A stretch of DNA of 64,000 nucleotides, taken from positions 4,905-68,904 of the forward strand of contig CACYBK010000099.1 in NCBI GenBank assembly GCA_902772635.1, in the 5' to 3' direction. This document shows, piece by piece, positions 55,024 through 64,000 of this stretch (position 1 is the first letter of the stretch; every line of letters begins with the position of its first letter). Both the position numbers and the translations under genes were made by a program. The notes under the pieces were generated by a model. That model was not told where the DNA came from, searched no databases, and was given only the letters and a program-made list of their open reading frames with translations. The stretch is from an uncultured Lachnospiraceae bacterium. GTDB lineage: Bacteria > Bacillota > Clostridia > Lachnospirales > Lachnospiraceae.

Positions 55024-56183
55024 TGAAGGAAATATATCTTGACAATGCAGCAACAACACGCTGCCTGACTTCGTCCGCAAAAAGAGCCTATGACGTGATG
55101 ACGGAGGATTTCGGCAATCCCTCATCGCTTCATATGAAGGGCGTGGACGCTGAGAAATATCTTGATGAAGCGCGGGAAGTAATTTCCAAAAGCCTCCGCT
55201 GCCGTGAAAAAGAGATATTATTCACAAGCGGCGGCTCCGAATCAAACAATACGGCTATTTTTGGCGGTGCCCTTCGAAATGAAAGAAACGGCAGGCATAT
55301 TATTACTACAGCAATCGAGCACGAAGCCGTCCTTTCCCCGATACGGGCTCTTGAAAAAAGAGGTTTTTCTGTCACATACCTTCCGGTATCAAAGGAAGGG
55401 GTGATCTCGCTTTCTGATCTTTCTGATGCGATCACCGGTGATACTGTCCTTGTTTCGATAATGCATGTAAATAATGAGACAGGCGCGGTGCAGCCCATAG
55501 AAGAAGCTGCTGATATTATTCGTGAAAAAAACAAAAAGACACTCTTTCACGTGGATGCCATCCAGTCCTTTTCGAAGCTGCCCATCGACCTTAAAAATAC
55601 CAAGATAGATCTGCTCTCAGTGAGCGGGCACAAGCTCCACGCTCCGAAGGGGAGCGGCTTTCTATTTGCGAGGGAGGGTGTAAAGCTTGATCCCATTATC
55701 TATGGCGGTGGTCAGGAGGGCGGCCTTCGCTCCGGGACGCAGAATGTTCCGGCGATAGCGGGGCTATGCGAAAGCGTCCGTTTTATGACACAGGATATGG
55801 ACGCTCATTACAGGCATTTTAAGGAGCTTAGAGAAAGGCTTGTCGAAGGGCTTTCTGACCTTGAAAACGTATATATCAACGGGCCGGCAGATGAGAAAAA
55901 ACAAGCACCCTATATCTTGAGTCTCAGTGTAAGAGATGTCCGCGCCGAGGTCCTTCTACACGCTCTTGAGGAAAAGGGTATCTTTGTCGGTGCCGGCTCC
56001 GCCTGCTCATCAAACAGGCCGCATATTTCAAATACATTAATAGCGATGGGGCTTGAGCATGAACTCCTCGATCAGACGATAAGGCTTTCATTCTCAGTCT
56101 TTACAGAAGAAGCGGAGATAGATGAAACGGTATCCGCCCTTAAGGAGCTCGTCCCGTTTCTTTCAAAATACAGGAGAGGATAA
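55020..56183 (+). CDS. Cysteine desulfurase (NifS/NifZ-like, class V aminotransferase), partner of ThiI
   Basis: IYLDNAATT...FTSGGSESNN...SVSGHKLHAPKG (PLP lysine)...GSACSS (active-site Cys). Overlaps the prmA stop by 4 nt. Confidence 0.9.
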   Translation: MMKEIYLDNAATTRCLTSSAKRAYDVMTEDFGNPSSLHMKGVDAEKYLDEAREVISKSLRCREKEILFTSGGSESNNTAIFGGALRNERNGRHIITTAIEHEAVLSPIRALEKRGFSVTYLPVSKEGVISLSDLSDAITGDTVLVSIMHVNNETGAVQPIEEAADIIREKNKKTLFHVDAIQSFSKLPIDLKNTKIDLLSVSGHKLHAPKGSGFLFAREGVKLDPIIYGGGQEGGLRSGTQNVPAIAGLCESVRFMTQDMDAHYRHFKELRERLVEGLSDLENVYINGPADEKKQAPYILSLSVRDVRAEVLLHALEEKGIFVGAGSACSSNRPHISNTLIAMGLEHELLDQTIRLSFSVFTEEAEIDETVSALKELVPFLSKYRRG

Positions 56184-56189
56184 GATATA

Positions 56190-57371
56190 ATGTATCGAGC
56201 ATTCATGCTGAAATACGGCGAGATAGGCATAAAGGGAAAGAACCGTGCTGTCTTTGAGGAAGCCCTCCGGCTCTCAACCGAGAAGGCGTTGTCTCGCGTC
56301 GGTGACGGCTTCACGGTCACACGCCCGAACGGGAGGATACTTGCAGAGGCAAAGGGTGATTATGATTTTGATGAAGCTGTGGATGCCTTGAAAAAGGTCT
56401 TTGGCTATGTGAGCTTTCATCCTGCGAAGATAGTTGATGACAAGGGTCTTCCTGAACTCTACAAAGAAGTTATATCACTCTTTGAAAAGGAGTATGGAAG
56501 GGATATAAAGGCTTCATTTAAGGTCAAATGCAAAAGAGGAAGGAAGAATTATCCTCTTGATTCGATGGAGCTTGCAGCCGCGGTGGGAGAGCAGCTGCTA
56601 AACGCATTCCCCGGGCTTTCCGTAGATGTTCACGAGCCCGATATCTATGTCCATGTAGAGATAAGGGAGAAGATTTATATCTATTCAAAGGAATTTGAAG
56701 GCGCAAAAGGACTCCCCCGTGGTGTCAGCGGAAAGACCATGCTCCTTCTCTCCGGCGGGATCGATTCTCCTGTGGCAGGCTTTCGGATGGCGCGGCGCGG
56801 GGTGACGCTTGAGGCAGTCTATTTTCACGCGCCTCCCTATACCTCGGAGCGGGCAAAGAACAAGGTTGTAAAGCTTGGCGAGCTGATAAGCAGATATACC
56901 GGACCTTTCAGGCTTCATATCGTCAATTTCACGGACATTCAGCTGAAGATACTGGACAAATGTCCCCGGGACGAGCTTACCATAATCATGCGCCGCTACA
57001 TGATGAAGATCGCTGAGACTATCGCAAAAGAGACCGGCTGTCTTTCCCTCACAACGGGAGAATCAATAGGACAGGTCGCTTCCCAGACGATGCAGTCCTT
57101 AAACTGCACGAATGCTGTCGCCAGCCTTCCCGTTTTCAGGCCGCTCATCACCTATGACAAGCAGGAGATAATGGATGAGGCAGAGAGGATAGGAACCTAT
57201 GAGACATCCGTGCTTCCCTATGAGGACTGCTGCACGATATTCGTGGCAAAGCATCCCGTGACAAAGCCCAGGCTTTCAGTGATCGAAAAGTCGGAGGAGA
57301 GTCTCACCGGTGAGATAGAGCCGCTTCTTGAAGAAGCGCTCCGGACACAAGAAGTTGTAGAGATTGTATAA
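56190..57371 (+). CDS. thiI: tRNA 4-thiouridine synthase
   Basis: KYGEIGIKGKNR (THUMP) and the PP-loop LLLSGGIDSPVA. Confidence 0.93.
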   Translation: MYRAFMLKYGEIGIKGKNRAVFEEALRLSTEKALSRVGDGFTVTRPNGRILAEAKGDYDFDEAVDALKKVFGYVSFHPAKIVDDKGLPELYKEVISLFEKEYGRDIKASFKVKCKRGRKNYPLDSMELAAAVGEQLLNAFPGLSVDVHEPDIYVHVEIREKIYIYSKEFEGAKGLPRGVSGKTMLLLSGGIDSPVAGFRMARRGVTLEAVYFHAPPYTSERAKNKVVKLGELISRYTGPFRLHIVNFTDIQLKILDKCPRDELTIIMRRYMMKIAETIAKETGCLSLTTGESIGQVASQTMQSLNCTNAVASLPVFRPLITYDKQEIMDEAERIGTYETSVLPYEDCCTIFVAKHPVTKPRLSVIEKSEESLTGEIEPLLEEALRTQEVVEIV

Positions 57372-57376
57372 AAATA

Positions 57377-57409
57377 GCGGCATACGGTTTCCCGCATGCC
57401 GCACATTTT
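57377..57409. terminator. Bidirectional terminator between thiI and the HPr-like gene
   Basis: GCGGCAT (57377-57383) pairs with ATGCCGC (57396-57402). There is an inner CGG/CCG pairing, ACATTTT downstream and AAAA upstream. Confidence 0.6.
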
Positions 57410-57425
57410 GTGAATATAATGCTTC

Positions 57426-57653
57426 TCACACCTGATAAGGCTTGATCGCTTCAAGGATCGCAGCATCATCATCAGCATGGATCGTAAGCTCGATGGGCTG
57501 TGAAAGATCAAGTGAGAAAATACCCATTATTGACTTTGCATCAATTACGTAACGTCCGCTGATAAGATCAAAATCAGAATCGAACTTTGAGATCGTGTTG
57601 ACGAAGGACTTTACCTTGTCGATCGAATTGAGAGATATAGCAACCTTCTTCAT
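57426..57653 (-). CDS. HPr-like protein (75 aa) without the catalytic His15
   Basis: MKKVAISLNSIDKVKSFV...VIDAKSIMGIFSL... aligns by eye with HPr GIHARP...VNLKSIMGVMSL. The Ser46 box is kept and the His15 position is Asp. ATG 57653 follows AGGAGG. Confidence 0.7.
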   Translation of the reverse strand: MKKVAISLNSIDKVKSFVNTISKFDSDFDLISGRYVIDAKSIMGIFSLDLSQPIELTIHADDDAAILEAIKPYQV

Positions 57654-57748
57654 TTTGTTACCTCCTGGAAAAAATAATTGTTTTTGTTCCGTTATGTTCT
57701 TTTGCACGCCTGCAATATAATTCAAAAAAATAAAAAAGTCAACCATCT

Positions 57749-59143
57749 ATGAGAGAAAATAAAAGGGCAGCATTCTTAAGTCTCGGCTGCAAAGTCAATG
57801 AATACGAAACTGAAAGGCTCAAAGAGAGTTTCCATAACGCCGGTTATGAGATTGTTCTTTTTTCAGAACAAGCTGATGTCTATGTGATCAATTCCTGCAC
57901 CGTCACTGCCGAGGCGGACAGAAAATCGCGCCAGATGGTCAGAAGGGCAAGAAAGGAAAATCCGTCTGCCGTGATAGTATGCGCAGGCTGCTTCTCGGAA
58001 AGCGCTGTAAAAAAACTTGGAGAAGAACAGCTTTTTTCAGAGACCAAAGCCGACATTATAGTCGGAAACGCAGCAAAGTCGGATATCATATCGCTGGTCG
58101 AAAAATTTGAGACCACGCATGAAAGGATAGCGTATCTTCCCGATATCAATGAAAAGGGGCTTTCCTATGAGAGGACAGAGATTGGACCATCCCCAAAGGG
58201 GCTGATCACAGAAGGCGGCAGGGTAAGAGCCTTTTTGAAGATACAGGACGGCTGCGACAGATTCTGTTCCTACTGCCTTATTCCATTTGCCCGTGGAAGA
58301 TCGAGAAGCCGTGACTTAAGCGCTGTCGTAAGGGAGGCAAAGGAGTTTTTCGAAAGCGGAAGACGGGAGATAGTCCTTACCGGTATCAATATTTCTTCAT
58401 ACAAGGGGGAAGCAGGTGAGAGCCTTTTTGATGTGGCAGAGGCAATAATAGATGAGATAAGCGATCTTCCCGGAGGGGAAGATTTCAGGCTTCGCTTAGG
58501 GTCACTTGAGCCAAACTCCATATGTGAGGATACGATAAAGAGGCTTTCAAAAAAGAAGGCTCTCTGCCCGCACTTTCATCTATCGCTCCAAAGCGGCTCG
58601 GATACTGTCCTTCAAAGAATGAACAGGCATTATACCAAAGAGGAATTTCTTTCATCGGTCAAGGTGCTCCGTGAATATTTTGATGATCCCGCGATCACGG
58701 CCGATATAATATGCGGCTTTCCGGGAGAGACAAAAAGTGAGTTTGAAGAGACCCTTTTTTTTGCAGAGGAAGTCGGGTTTGCAAAGATACATGCCTTTCC
58801 TTTTTCCGCGCGGGAGGGAACGAAGGCGGCCTTGATGGATGGGCAGGTAAAAAAGAGTGAAAGGCTTTATAGGACAGGAAAGCTGATAGAACTCCAGGAT
58901 CGTCTGAGGGAAGGGTATGTAAAGAGGAACATAGGAAAAGAGGCCGCTGTCCTCATAGAAGAAAAGGAAGATTCCGGCGGCTCCTCTTTTTTCAGCGGGT
59001 ACACCGAAAGATATATAAGAGCGCTGGTTCCTGCCGGTGCAACGAGTGAAAAACTGTCTGCCGGCCGCATTGTAAAGGGCGTGCCAAAGAGCATGCAGGG
59101 GAATGATTGCTTGATTATTGATAAGGATTTTATTATACTGTAG
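57749..59143 (+). CDS. mtaB: tRNA methylthiotransferase MtaB (MiaB-like radical SAM)
   Basis: AAFLSLGCKVNEYE (UPF0004 domain), radical SAM CDRFCSYC, and a TRAM-like C-terminus. Confidence 0.85.
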   Translation: MRENKRAAFLSLGCKVNEYETERLKESFHNAGYEIVLFSEQADVYVINSCTVTAEADRKSRQMVRRARKENPSAVIVCAGCFSESAVKKLGEEQLFSETKADIIVGNAAKSDIISLVEKFETTHERIAYLPDINEKGLSYERTEIGPSPKGLITEGGRVRAFLKIQDGCDRFCSYCLIPFARGRSRSRDLSAVVREAKEFFESGRREIVLTGINISSYKGEAGESLFDVAEAIIDEISDLPGGEDFRLRLGSLEPNSICEDTIKRLSKKKALCPHFHLSLQSGSDTVLQRMNRHYTKEEFLSSVKVLREYFDDPAITADIICGFPGETKSEFEETLFFAEEVGFAKIHAFPFSAREGTKAALMDGQVKKSERLYRTGKLIELQDRLREGYVKRNIGKEAAVLIEEKEDSGGSSFFSGYTERYIRALVPAGATSEKLSAGRIVKGVPKSMQGNDCLIIDKDFIIL

Positions 59144-59180
59144 TCTGATTTTTGGTTTTTACGAAAGTGGGAATTATCTT

Positions 59181-59450
59181 ATGAGCAGCGATCTTTCAAA
59201 TACACAATATTTCAAGGTTGAATCGGACAAGACGGTCGGAGTGAAGGATATCCTCAAAAATGTTTACGAGGCTCTTTCCGAGAAAGGCTACAATCCGGTG
59301 AACCAGATAGTAGGATATATAATGTCAGGTGATCCCACCTTTATCACAAGTCACAACAATGCCCGTTCTCTTATCATGAGGGTTGAGCGTGATGAACTGG
59401 TTGAGGAGCTCTTGAAGGAATATATTGACAGAGAAGCCTGGAAGAAGTGA
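59181..59450 (+). CDS. ireB: IreB-family regulatory phosphoprotein (UPF0297)
   Basis: VYEALSEKGYNPVNQIVGYIMSGDPTFITSHNNARSLI..ERDELVEELLKEY matches the IreB/YrzL family. Confidence 0.9.
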   Translation: MSSDLSNTQYFKVESDKTVGVKDILKNVYEALSEKGYNPVNQIVGYIMSGDPTFITSHNNARSLIMRVERDELVEELLKEYIDREAWKK

Positions 59451-59452
59451 GC

Positions 59453-59896
59453 ATGGAGCGTATCCTCGCTCTTGATTTCGGCGCGCATACCGTTGGAACT
59501 GCCGTATCTGATGAACTGCTTCTTACCGCCCAGCCGACTTCTGCCGGGATCATCAGGCGGCGTAAGCCCGGGAAGCTCAGACAAACGATCGCTGTGATCG
59601 AAGAACTTGCCCAAGCATATCATATCGGGACGATCGTCCTTGGATTTCCCTTGAACATGGATGGGAGCGAAGGAGAACGCTGTGAAAAGACGCGGGAGTT
59701 TGCTGCCCTCCTTGAAAAGCGCCTTCATCTTCCTGTTGTATTTGTGGACGAGAGGCTGACTACCGTGGAGGCTCTCTGTGAAATGGAGCTTTCAGGACAG
59801 AGGGATATAAAAAAGCACGTCGACGAAGCCGCTGCGATCATCATACTGCAGGATTATCTGAATCAGGAATATCAGAAAAGAAAAAACAATGGATGA
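59453..59896 (+). CDS. ruvX: Holliday junction resolvase-like RuvX (YqgF)
   Basis: MERILALDFGAHTVGTAVSD...DERLTT..A motifs. Conserved position after ireB. Confidence 0.9.
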   Translation: MERILALDFGAHTVGTAVSDELLLTAQPTSAGIIRRRKPGKLRQTIAVIEELAQAYHIGTIVLGFPLNMDGSEGERCEKTREFAALLEKRLHLPVVFVDERLTTVEALCEMELSGQRDIKKHVDEAAAIIILQDYLNQEYQKRKNNG

Positions 59897-60173
59897 ATTA
59901 CACTCACAGATCATAGTAAAGGACGAAGAGTCGGGTGAAGACGTCTCTTTGTTTGTAATAGAAGAAACCGAGCTATCGAAGGAAAAATATCTGCTTGTTG
60001 CAGAGTCGGAGAATGAAGATGCCGATGCCATGATACTCCATGAGACACATGTGGATGAGGCATCAGGTGATGTTTTCTACGAGCCTGTCACAGACGATAC
60101 GCTCCTTCAATCTCTCGGGAAGATTTTTTCGGAATTACTTTCCGGAACGGAGGTTGAACTGAAAATTGAATAA
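59889..60173 (+). CDS. DUF1292-family acidic protein (YrzB-like)
   Basis: ...EESGEDVSLFVIEETELSKEKYLLVAES...VFYEPVTDD... Overlaps the ruvX stop by 8 nt. Confidence 0.8.
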   Translation: MDELHSQIIVKDEESGEDVSLFVIEETELSKEKYLLVAESENEDADAMILHETHVDEASGDVFYEPVTDDTLLQSLGKIFSELLSGTEVELKIE

Positions 60174-61830
60174 CGAAAAAAAGGGAAAGCTATCTATCAT
60201 CCCTCTGGGCGGAGTCGAGCTCATAGGGATGAATATGACAGCTTTTTGCTATGACGACAGCATTATAGTCGTCGACTGCGGCATGGCATTTCCCGAGGAG
60301 GATATGCCGGGCGTAGATCTTGTGATCCCGGACATCTCCTTTCTTCTTGAAAACGAGGACAAGGTCAAGGGGATCTTTATCACCCATGGTCATGAGGATC
60401 ATATAGGCGCTATTCCCTATGTGATGGATCAGCTGAGCGTTCCCTTGTATGCGACAAGGCTTACTATGGGGATCATCGATCACAAGCTTGAAGAGCATGG
60501 CCTGATGACGCGTGTGAGAAGAAAGGTGGTCTCCTTTGGACAGTCCATAAACGCGGGCTGTTTTCGGGTTGAATTCATAAAGACCAACCACTCCATCCAG
60601 GATGCAGCCGCGCTTGCTATTTATTCTCCGGCAGGAACAGTTGTCCATACCGGAGACTTCAAGGTGGATTATACTCCCGTCTTTGGGGACCAGATAGATC
60701 TTCAGCGCTTCGCAGAGATAGGAAAGAAGGGGGTTCTTGCCCTATGCTGCGACTCTACAAATGCCGAGCGTCCCGGCTTCACACAGTCGGAGAGGACTGT
60801 GGGCAGGACTTTCGACAATATCTTCGCCGAGAATCAGGACAGAAGGATAATAATAGCGACCTTCGCTTCAAATGTAGACCGGGTCCAGCAGATCATCAAC
60901 TCCGCGAAAAAGTTCGATCGCAAATGCGCGATAGACGGGCGTTCCATGGTGAGCATCATGGCGACGGCACAGGAACTTGGCTACATTACTGTTCCGGAAA
61001 ATACTTTGATCTCGGTCGATGAGCTCAAAAATTATCCCGACAACAAGACCTGTCTCGTCACGACAGGTTCCCAGGGAGAGTCGATGGCGGCTCTTTCCAG
61101 GATGGCGAACGGGGTTCACAAAAAGATTTTTATCAAAGACACGGATACTGTGATCTTTTCCTCTCATCCGATTCCCGGGAATGAGAAGGCAGTGTCGAGG
61201 GTCATAAACGAGCTTTATCATAAGGGGGCGGATGTGGTCTTTCAGGATGTCCATGTTTCGGGGCATGCCTGCCAGGAGGAGATCAAGCTCATCTACTCAA
61301 TCTTAAAGCCCAGGTATGCGATCCCCATGCATGGGGAATACAAGCATTTAAAGGCGGGAGCCGAGATCGCAAAGATGCTTGGATACGACTCCGACCACAT
61401 TTTTATCCTCTCTTCAGGCGATGTACTGTCACTGAATGAGGAGGGGGCAAAGGTTACAGGAAAGGTCCATACGGGCTCCGTCATGGTGGACGGGCTTGGA
61501 GTAGGGGATGTCGGCTCTGTAGTATTGAAGGACAGGCAGCGCCTCGCAGAGGACGGCATTATCATTATCGTTATGACGCTTCAGTCCGGAACCGCACTCG
61601 TGCTTTCGGGACCCGAGATAGTTTCAAGGGGCTTTGTCTATGTGAGGGGTGCTGAAGACCTGATGGATAGCGCGAGAGAGGTCTTAAACGACTGCATGAG
61701 CGCCCTTTCAAGAAAGAATGTAAATGACTGGAACCGTATCAAAACGGAGCTCAAGGCAGCGCTTTCGGAATTTGTCTGGAAGGAGACGAACCGCCGTCCG
61801 ATGATACTTCCGATCATCATGGAAGTGTAA
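60166..61830 (+). CDS. rnj: Ribonuclease J
   Basis: Beta-lactamase motif ITHGHEDHIGA plus beta-CASP and C-terminal domains. A TTG start at 60166 is assumed because there is no ATG nearby. Confidence 0.9.
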   Translation: MNNEKKGKLSIIPLGGVELIGMNMTAFCYDDSIIVVDCGMAFPEEDMPGVDLVIPDISFLLENEDKVKGIFITHGHEDHIGAIPYVMDQLSVPLYATRLTMGIIDHKLEEHGLMTRVRRKVVSFGQSINAGCFRVEFIKTNHSIQDAAALAIYSPAGTVVHTGDFKVDYTPVFGDQIDLQRFAEIGKKGVLALCCDSTNAERPGFTQSERTVGRTFDNIFAENQDRRIIIATFASNVDRVQQIINSAKKFDRKCAIDGRSMVSIMATAQELGYITVPENTLISVDELKNYPDNKTCLVTTGSQGESMAALSRMANGVHKKIFIKDTDTVIFSSHPIPGNEKAVSRVINELYHKGADVVFQDVHVSGHACQEEIKLIYSILKPRYAIPMHGEYKHLKAGAEIAKMLGYDSDHIFILSSGDVLSLNEEGAKVTGKVHTGSVMVDGLGVGDVGSVVLKDRQRLAEDGIIIIVMTLQSGTALVLSGPEIVSRGFVYVRGAEDLMDSAREVLNDCMSALSRKNVNDWNRIKTELKAALSEFVWKETNRRPMILPIIMEV

Positions 61831-61833
61831 TTG

Positions 61834-62484
61834 ATGTGGGCTTTTGATGAAAAGAGGTTTTCGGTATTTTCTGAAAGTCTCAGAAAACCTCTTCCAAAAG
61901 ATCTTTCGGATTTTTATGAAGACGCAAGGGAACGCGGGATCCCGGTCATAGAAGAAGAGACTATGGACCTGCTTTCCTTCCTGCTCTCTTTGAAGCAGCC
62001 GGACAGGGTTCTTGAGATCGGCTCTGCCGTTGGCTTTTCAGCCGCTTTCATAATTGAGTTTTTAAAGCACGATGCCTCTTTCACATCAATTGAATACAAT
62101 GACGGCATGGCAGATGAGGCTTTGGAAAACTGGAAGAGGCTTGGGATACTTGATAGGATCGACTTCAGAAGAGGCGATGCCGTTCTGGTATTAAAGGAAC
62201 TGGAAGAGCCTTTTGACTTTATCTTTCTTGACAGCGCGAAAGGGCAGTATCCTGTGCTGCTCCCGGACATAAAGAGGTTACTCAAAAAGGGCGGGATATT
62301 GTTTTCAGATAATGTCTCAATGGAGGGACGCGTCACGGAATCGCGCTTTTTTGTTGAAAGGCGCGATAGGACAGAACATGAAAGGATAAGGAGCTATTTG
62401 CGGGAGGTGTCAAAGGATCCGGACTTTCTCACGGATCTTCTTCCCCTTGGGGACGGGATACTCCTTGCTCACAAACTGGTATGA
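61834..62484 (+). CDS. SAM-dependent O-methyltransferase (YrrM/TrmR-like)
   Basis: VLEIGSAVGFSA...FIFLDSAKGQY class I methyltransferase motifs. Located upstream of a U32 peptidase, as in Bacillus. Confidence 0.8.
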   Translation: MWAFDEKRFSVFSESLRKPLPKDLSDFYEDARERGIPVIEEETMDLLSFLLSLKQPDRVLEIGSAVGFSAAFIIEFLKHDASFTSIEYNDGMADEALENWKRLGILDRIDFRRGDAVLVLKELEEPFDFIFLDSAKGQYPVLLPDIKRLLKKGGILFSDNVSMEGRVTESRFFVERRDRTEHERIRSYLREVSKDPDFLTDLLPLGDGILLAHKLV

Positions 62485-63731
62485 ATGATAATGCAAAAAA
62501 ACCGGAGCTTCTCTGCCCGGCATCGTCGCTTCCGGTTTTAAAGACCGCGATAAGGTATGGCGCTGATGCTGTTTATGTGGGCGGCGATATGTATTCTCTC
62601 CGCGCGAAGGCTGAAAATTTCTCCGATGAGGAACTCAAAGATGGGATCGCCTTTGCCCACGGCAAGGGAAAAAAGGTCTATGTGACAGTAAACGTGATCC
62701 CGCAGGATGGTGAGATCGAAGGGATATCCTCTTATCTCTCGGAACTTTCAAAAATAAAGCCCGATGCCCTTCTGATCGCGGATCCCGGAGTTTTTTCGAT
62801 GGCGAGGGAGCTCTGTCCCGACATCGATATCCATATCAGCACGCAGGCAAACAATACAAACTACAGGACCTTTCTTTTCTGGCATTCCCTCGGCGCAAAG
62901 AGGGTGGTGACGGCAAGGGAATTATCCTTGAAAGAAATCAAGGATATAAGGGAGCATATCCCGTCTACTCTTGAGATAGAGTCCTTTGTACACGGCTCCA
63001 TGTGCATATCCTATTCCGGGAGATGCCTTCTCTCCGACTATTTCACGGGGAGGGGCGCGAACATGGGAGAGTGCACCCATCCCTGCAGGTGGAGGTACTA
63101 TGTTTCGGAAGAGACGAGGCCCGGTGAATATCTTCCGGTCTTTGAAAACGAGAGAGGGACCTATATCTTCAATTCAAAGGATCTTTGCATGATAGAGCAT
63201 ATCCCTTCCCTCATCGAAAGCGGCGTGGATTCCTTCAAGATAGAGGGCAGGATGAAGACGGCGCTCTATGTCGCATCGACTGCGAGAGCTTATCGGCGGG
63301 CGATCGATGATCTTTTTGAAAGCCCGGAGAAATATGAAGCGAACAAGAGCTCCTATATGGAGGCGGTGAGCGAATGCACCTACCGCCAGTATACCACAGG
63401 CTTTTATTTTCATAAGCCCGTGCATGAGGACCAGATATACGACTCAAATACCTACGAGCAGAAATACATATATCTCGGAAGCGTAATTGACACGGATGAA
63501 AGAGGGTTTATCCACCTTACCCAGAAGAATAAGTTTTCAGAGGGTGATGAAATTGAGATAATGAAACCGGACGGTACAAACGTTGTTGCAAAGGTGAGGG
63601 GCATCTACAATAATAAAAATGAAAGGGTAAGCTCGGCTCCGCATCCGAAGGAGGAGCTTTTTATAGACCTTGGAATTACGGCACAGGAATACGATGTTCT
63701 TCGGATGAAGGCAAATACAGGGGGTGACTGA
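62481..63731 (+). CDS. U32-family peptidase (YrrO/TrhP-like)
   Basis: PELLCPA...AVYVGG...E.FVHGSMCISYSGRCLLS is the U32 signature. ATGA overlap with the previous gene. Confidence 0.85.
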   Translation: MNDNAKKPELLCPASSLPVLKTAIRYGADAVYVGGDMYSLRAKAENFSDEELKDGIAFAHGKGKKVYVTVNVIPQDGEIEGISSYLSELSKIKPDALLIADPGVFSMARELCPDIDIHISTQANNTNYRTFLFWHSLGAKRVVTARELSLKEIKDIREHIPSTLEIESFVHGSMCISYSGRCLLSDYFTGRGANMGECTHPCRWRYYVSEETRPGEYLPVFENERGTYIFNSKDLCMIEHIPSLIESGVDSFKIEGRMKTALYVASTARAYRRAIDDLFESPEKYEANKSSYMEAVSECTYRQYTTGFYFHKPVHEDQIYDSNTYEQKYIYLGSVIDTDERGFIHLTQKNKFSEGDEIEIMKPDGTNVVAKVRGIYNNKNERVSSAPHPKEELFIDLGITAQEYDVLRMKANTGGD

Positions 63732-63732
63732 A

Positions 63733-64000
63733 ATGGCAGAAAAGAAAAATGAGAAAAAGGAAAAGTATGTAGCCTATGTCGGCACCTATACCCTCGATAA
63801 GAGCAAGGGTATATATGTTTATGATATAGATGAAAAGACCGGGGTACTCAAAAACCGCTCCGTTGCCGAAGTCAACAATCCTTCCCACGTATGTATATCA
63901 GCGGACAAAAAATTCCTTTATTCGATAGCGGACGAGGGTGTGGTCTCCTTTTCCATCGATGAGAACGGTGACCTTACGAAGGTGAATCAGGCTTGGACAG
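63733..64000 (+). CDS. Lactonase-type 7-bladed beta-propeller protein; N-terminal part only, runs off the right edge
   Basis: My translation from ATG 63733 reads MAEKKNEKKEKYVAYVGTYT...GIYVYDIDEKTG...NPSHVCISADKKFLYSI... It resembles the 6-phosphogluconolactonase (YbhE) family. Confidence 0.5.
   Translation, partial: MAEKKNEKKEKYVAYVGTYTLDKSKGIYVYDIDEKTGVLKNRSVAEVNNPSHVCISADKKFLYSIADEGVVSFSIDENGDLTKVNQAWT

Overview
This is a chromosomal window from a low-to-mid GC Firmicute, probably Clostridia or Lachnospiraceae by protein style; that assignment is an inference. About 65 genes are densely packed, mostly on the + strand. I found no rRNA, tRNA, CRISPR array, transposase or integrase.

The right two thirds is a housekeeping backbone. 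As I remember the Bacillus/Clostridia gene order, it is syntenic with these blocks:
- dgt-dnaG-rpoD-trmK-nif3
- holA-rpsT-lepA-hemW-[insert]-hrcA-grpE-dnaK-dnaJ-prmA
- nifS-like/thiI, then mtaB-ireB-ruvX-DUF1292-rnj-OMT-U32

The left third (0.3-22.7 kb) is more accessory. It contains:
- a J-domain/HIRAN/Sel1 trio followed by a WYL regulator
- xylB with a FucI/AraA-family isomerase
- a PAP2 phosphatase and a degenerate HD-GYP protein
- a small islet of unknown genes and gene fragments (11.3-14.2 kb)
- a ZIP metal transporter
- a GGDEF/HD-GYP/GNAT/GGDEF operon
- a CopZ-like/P1B-ATPase/ArsR metal operon with a 24-bp perfect inverted repeat over its promoter

The most interesting candidates:
1. 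The J-domain/HIRAN/Sel1 operon next to a WYL regulator. Its first gene is split by an in-frame TAG.
2. A 6-kb, four-gene phosphorelay island with no output domain, wedged between hemW and hrcA. It includes a histidine-kinase-like protein with no ATPase domain and an apparently His-less HPt domain.
3. Short repeat families in intergenic regions: 20-22 nt SD+ATG modules at three loci, and a CCCTTGACTCC-centred palindromic element at two loci.

All domain calls come from reading the translated ORFs by eye. No database search was run.
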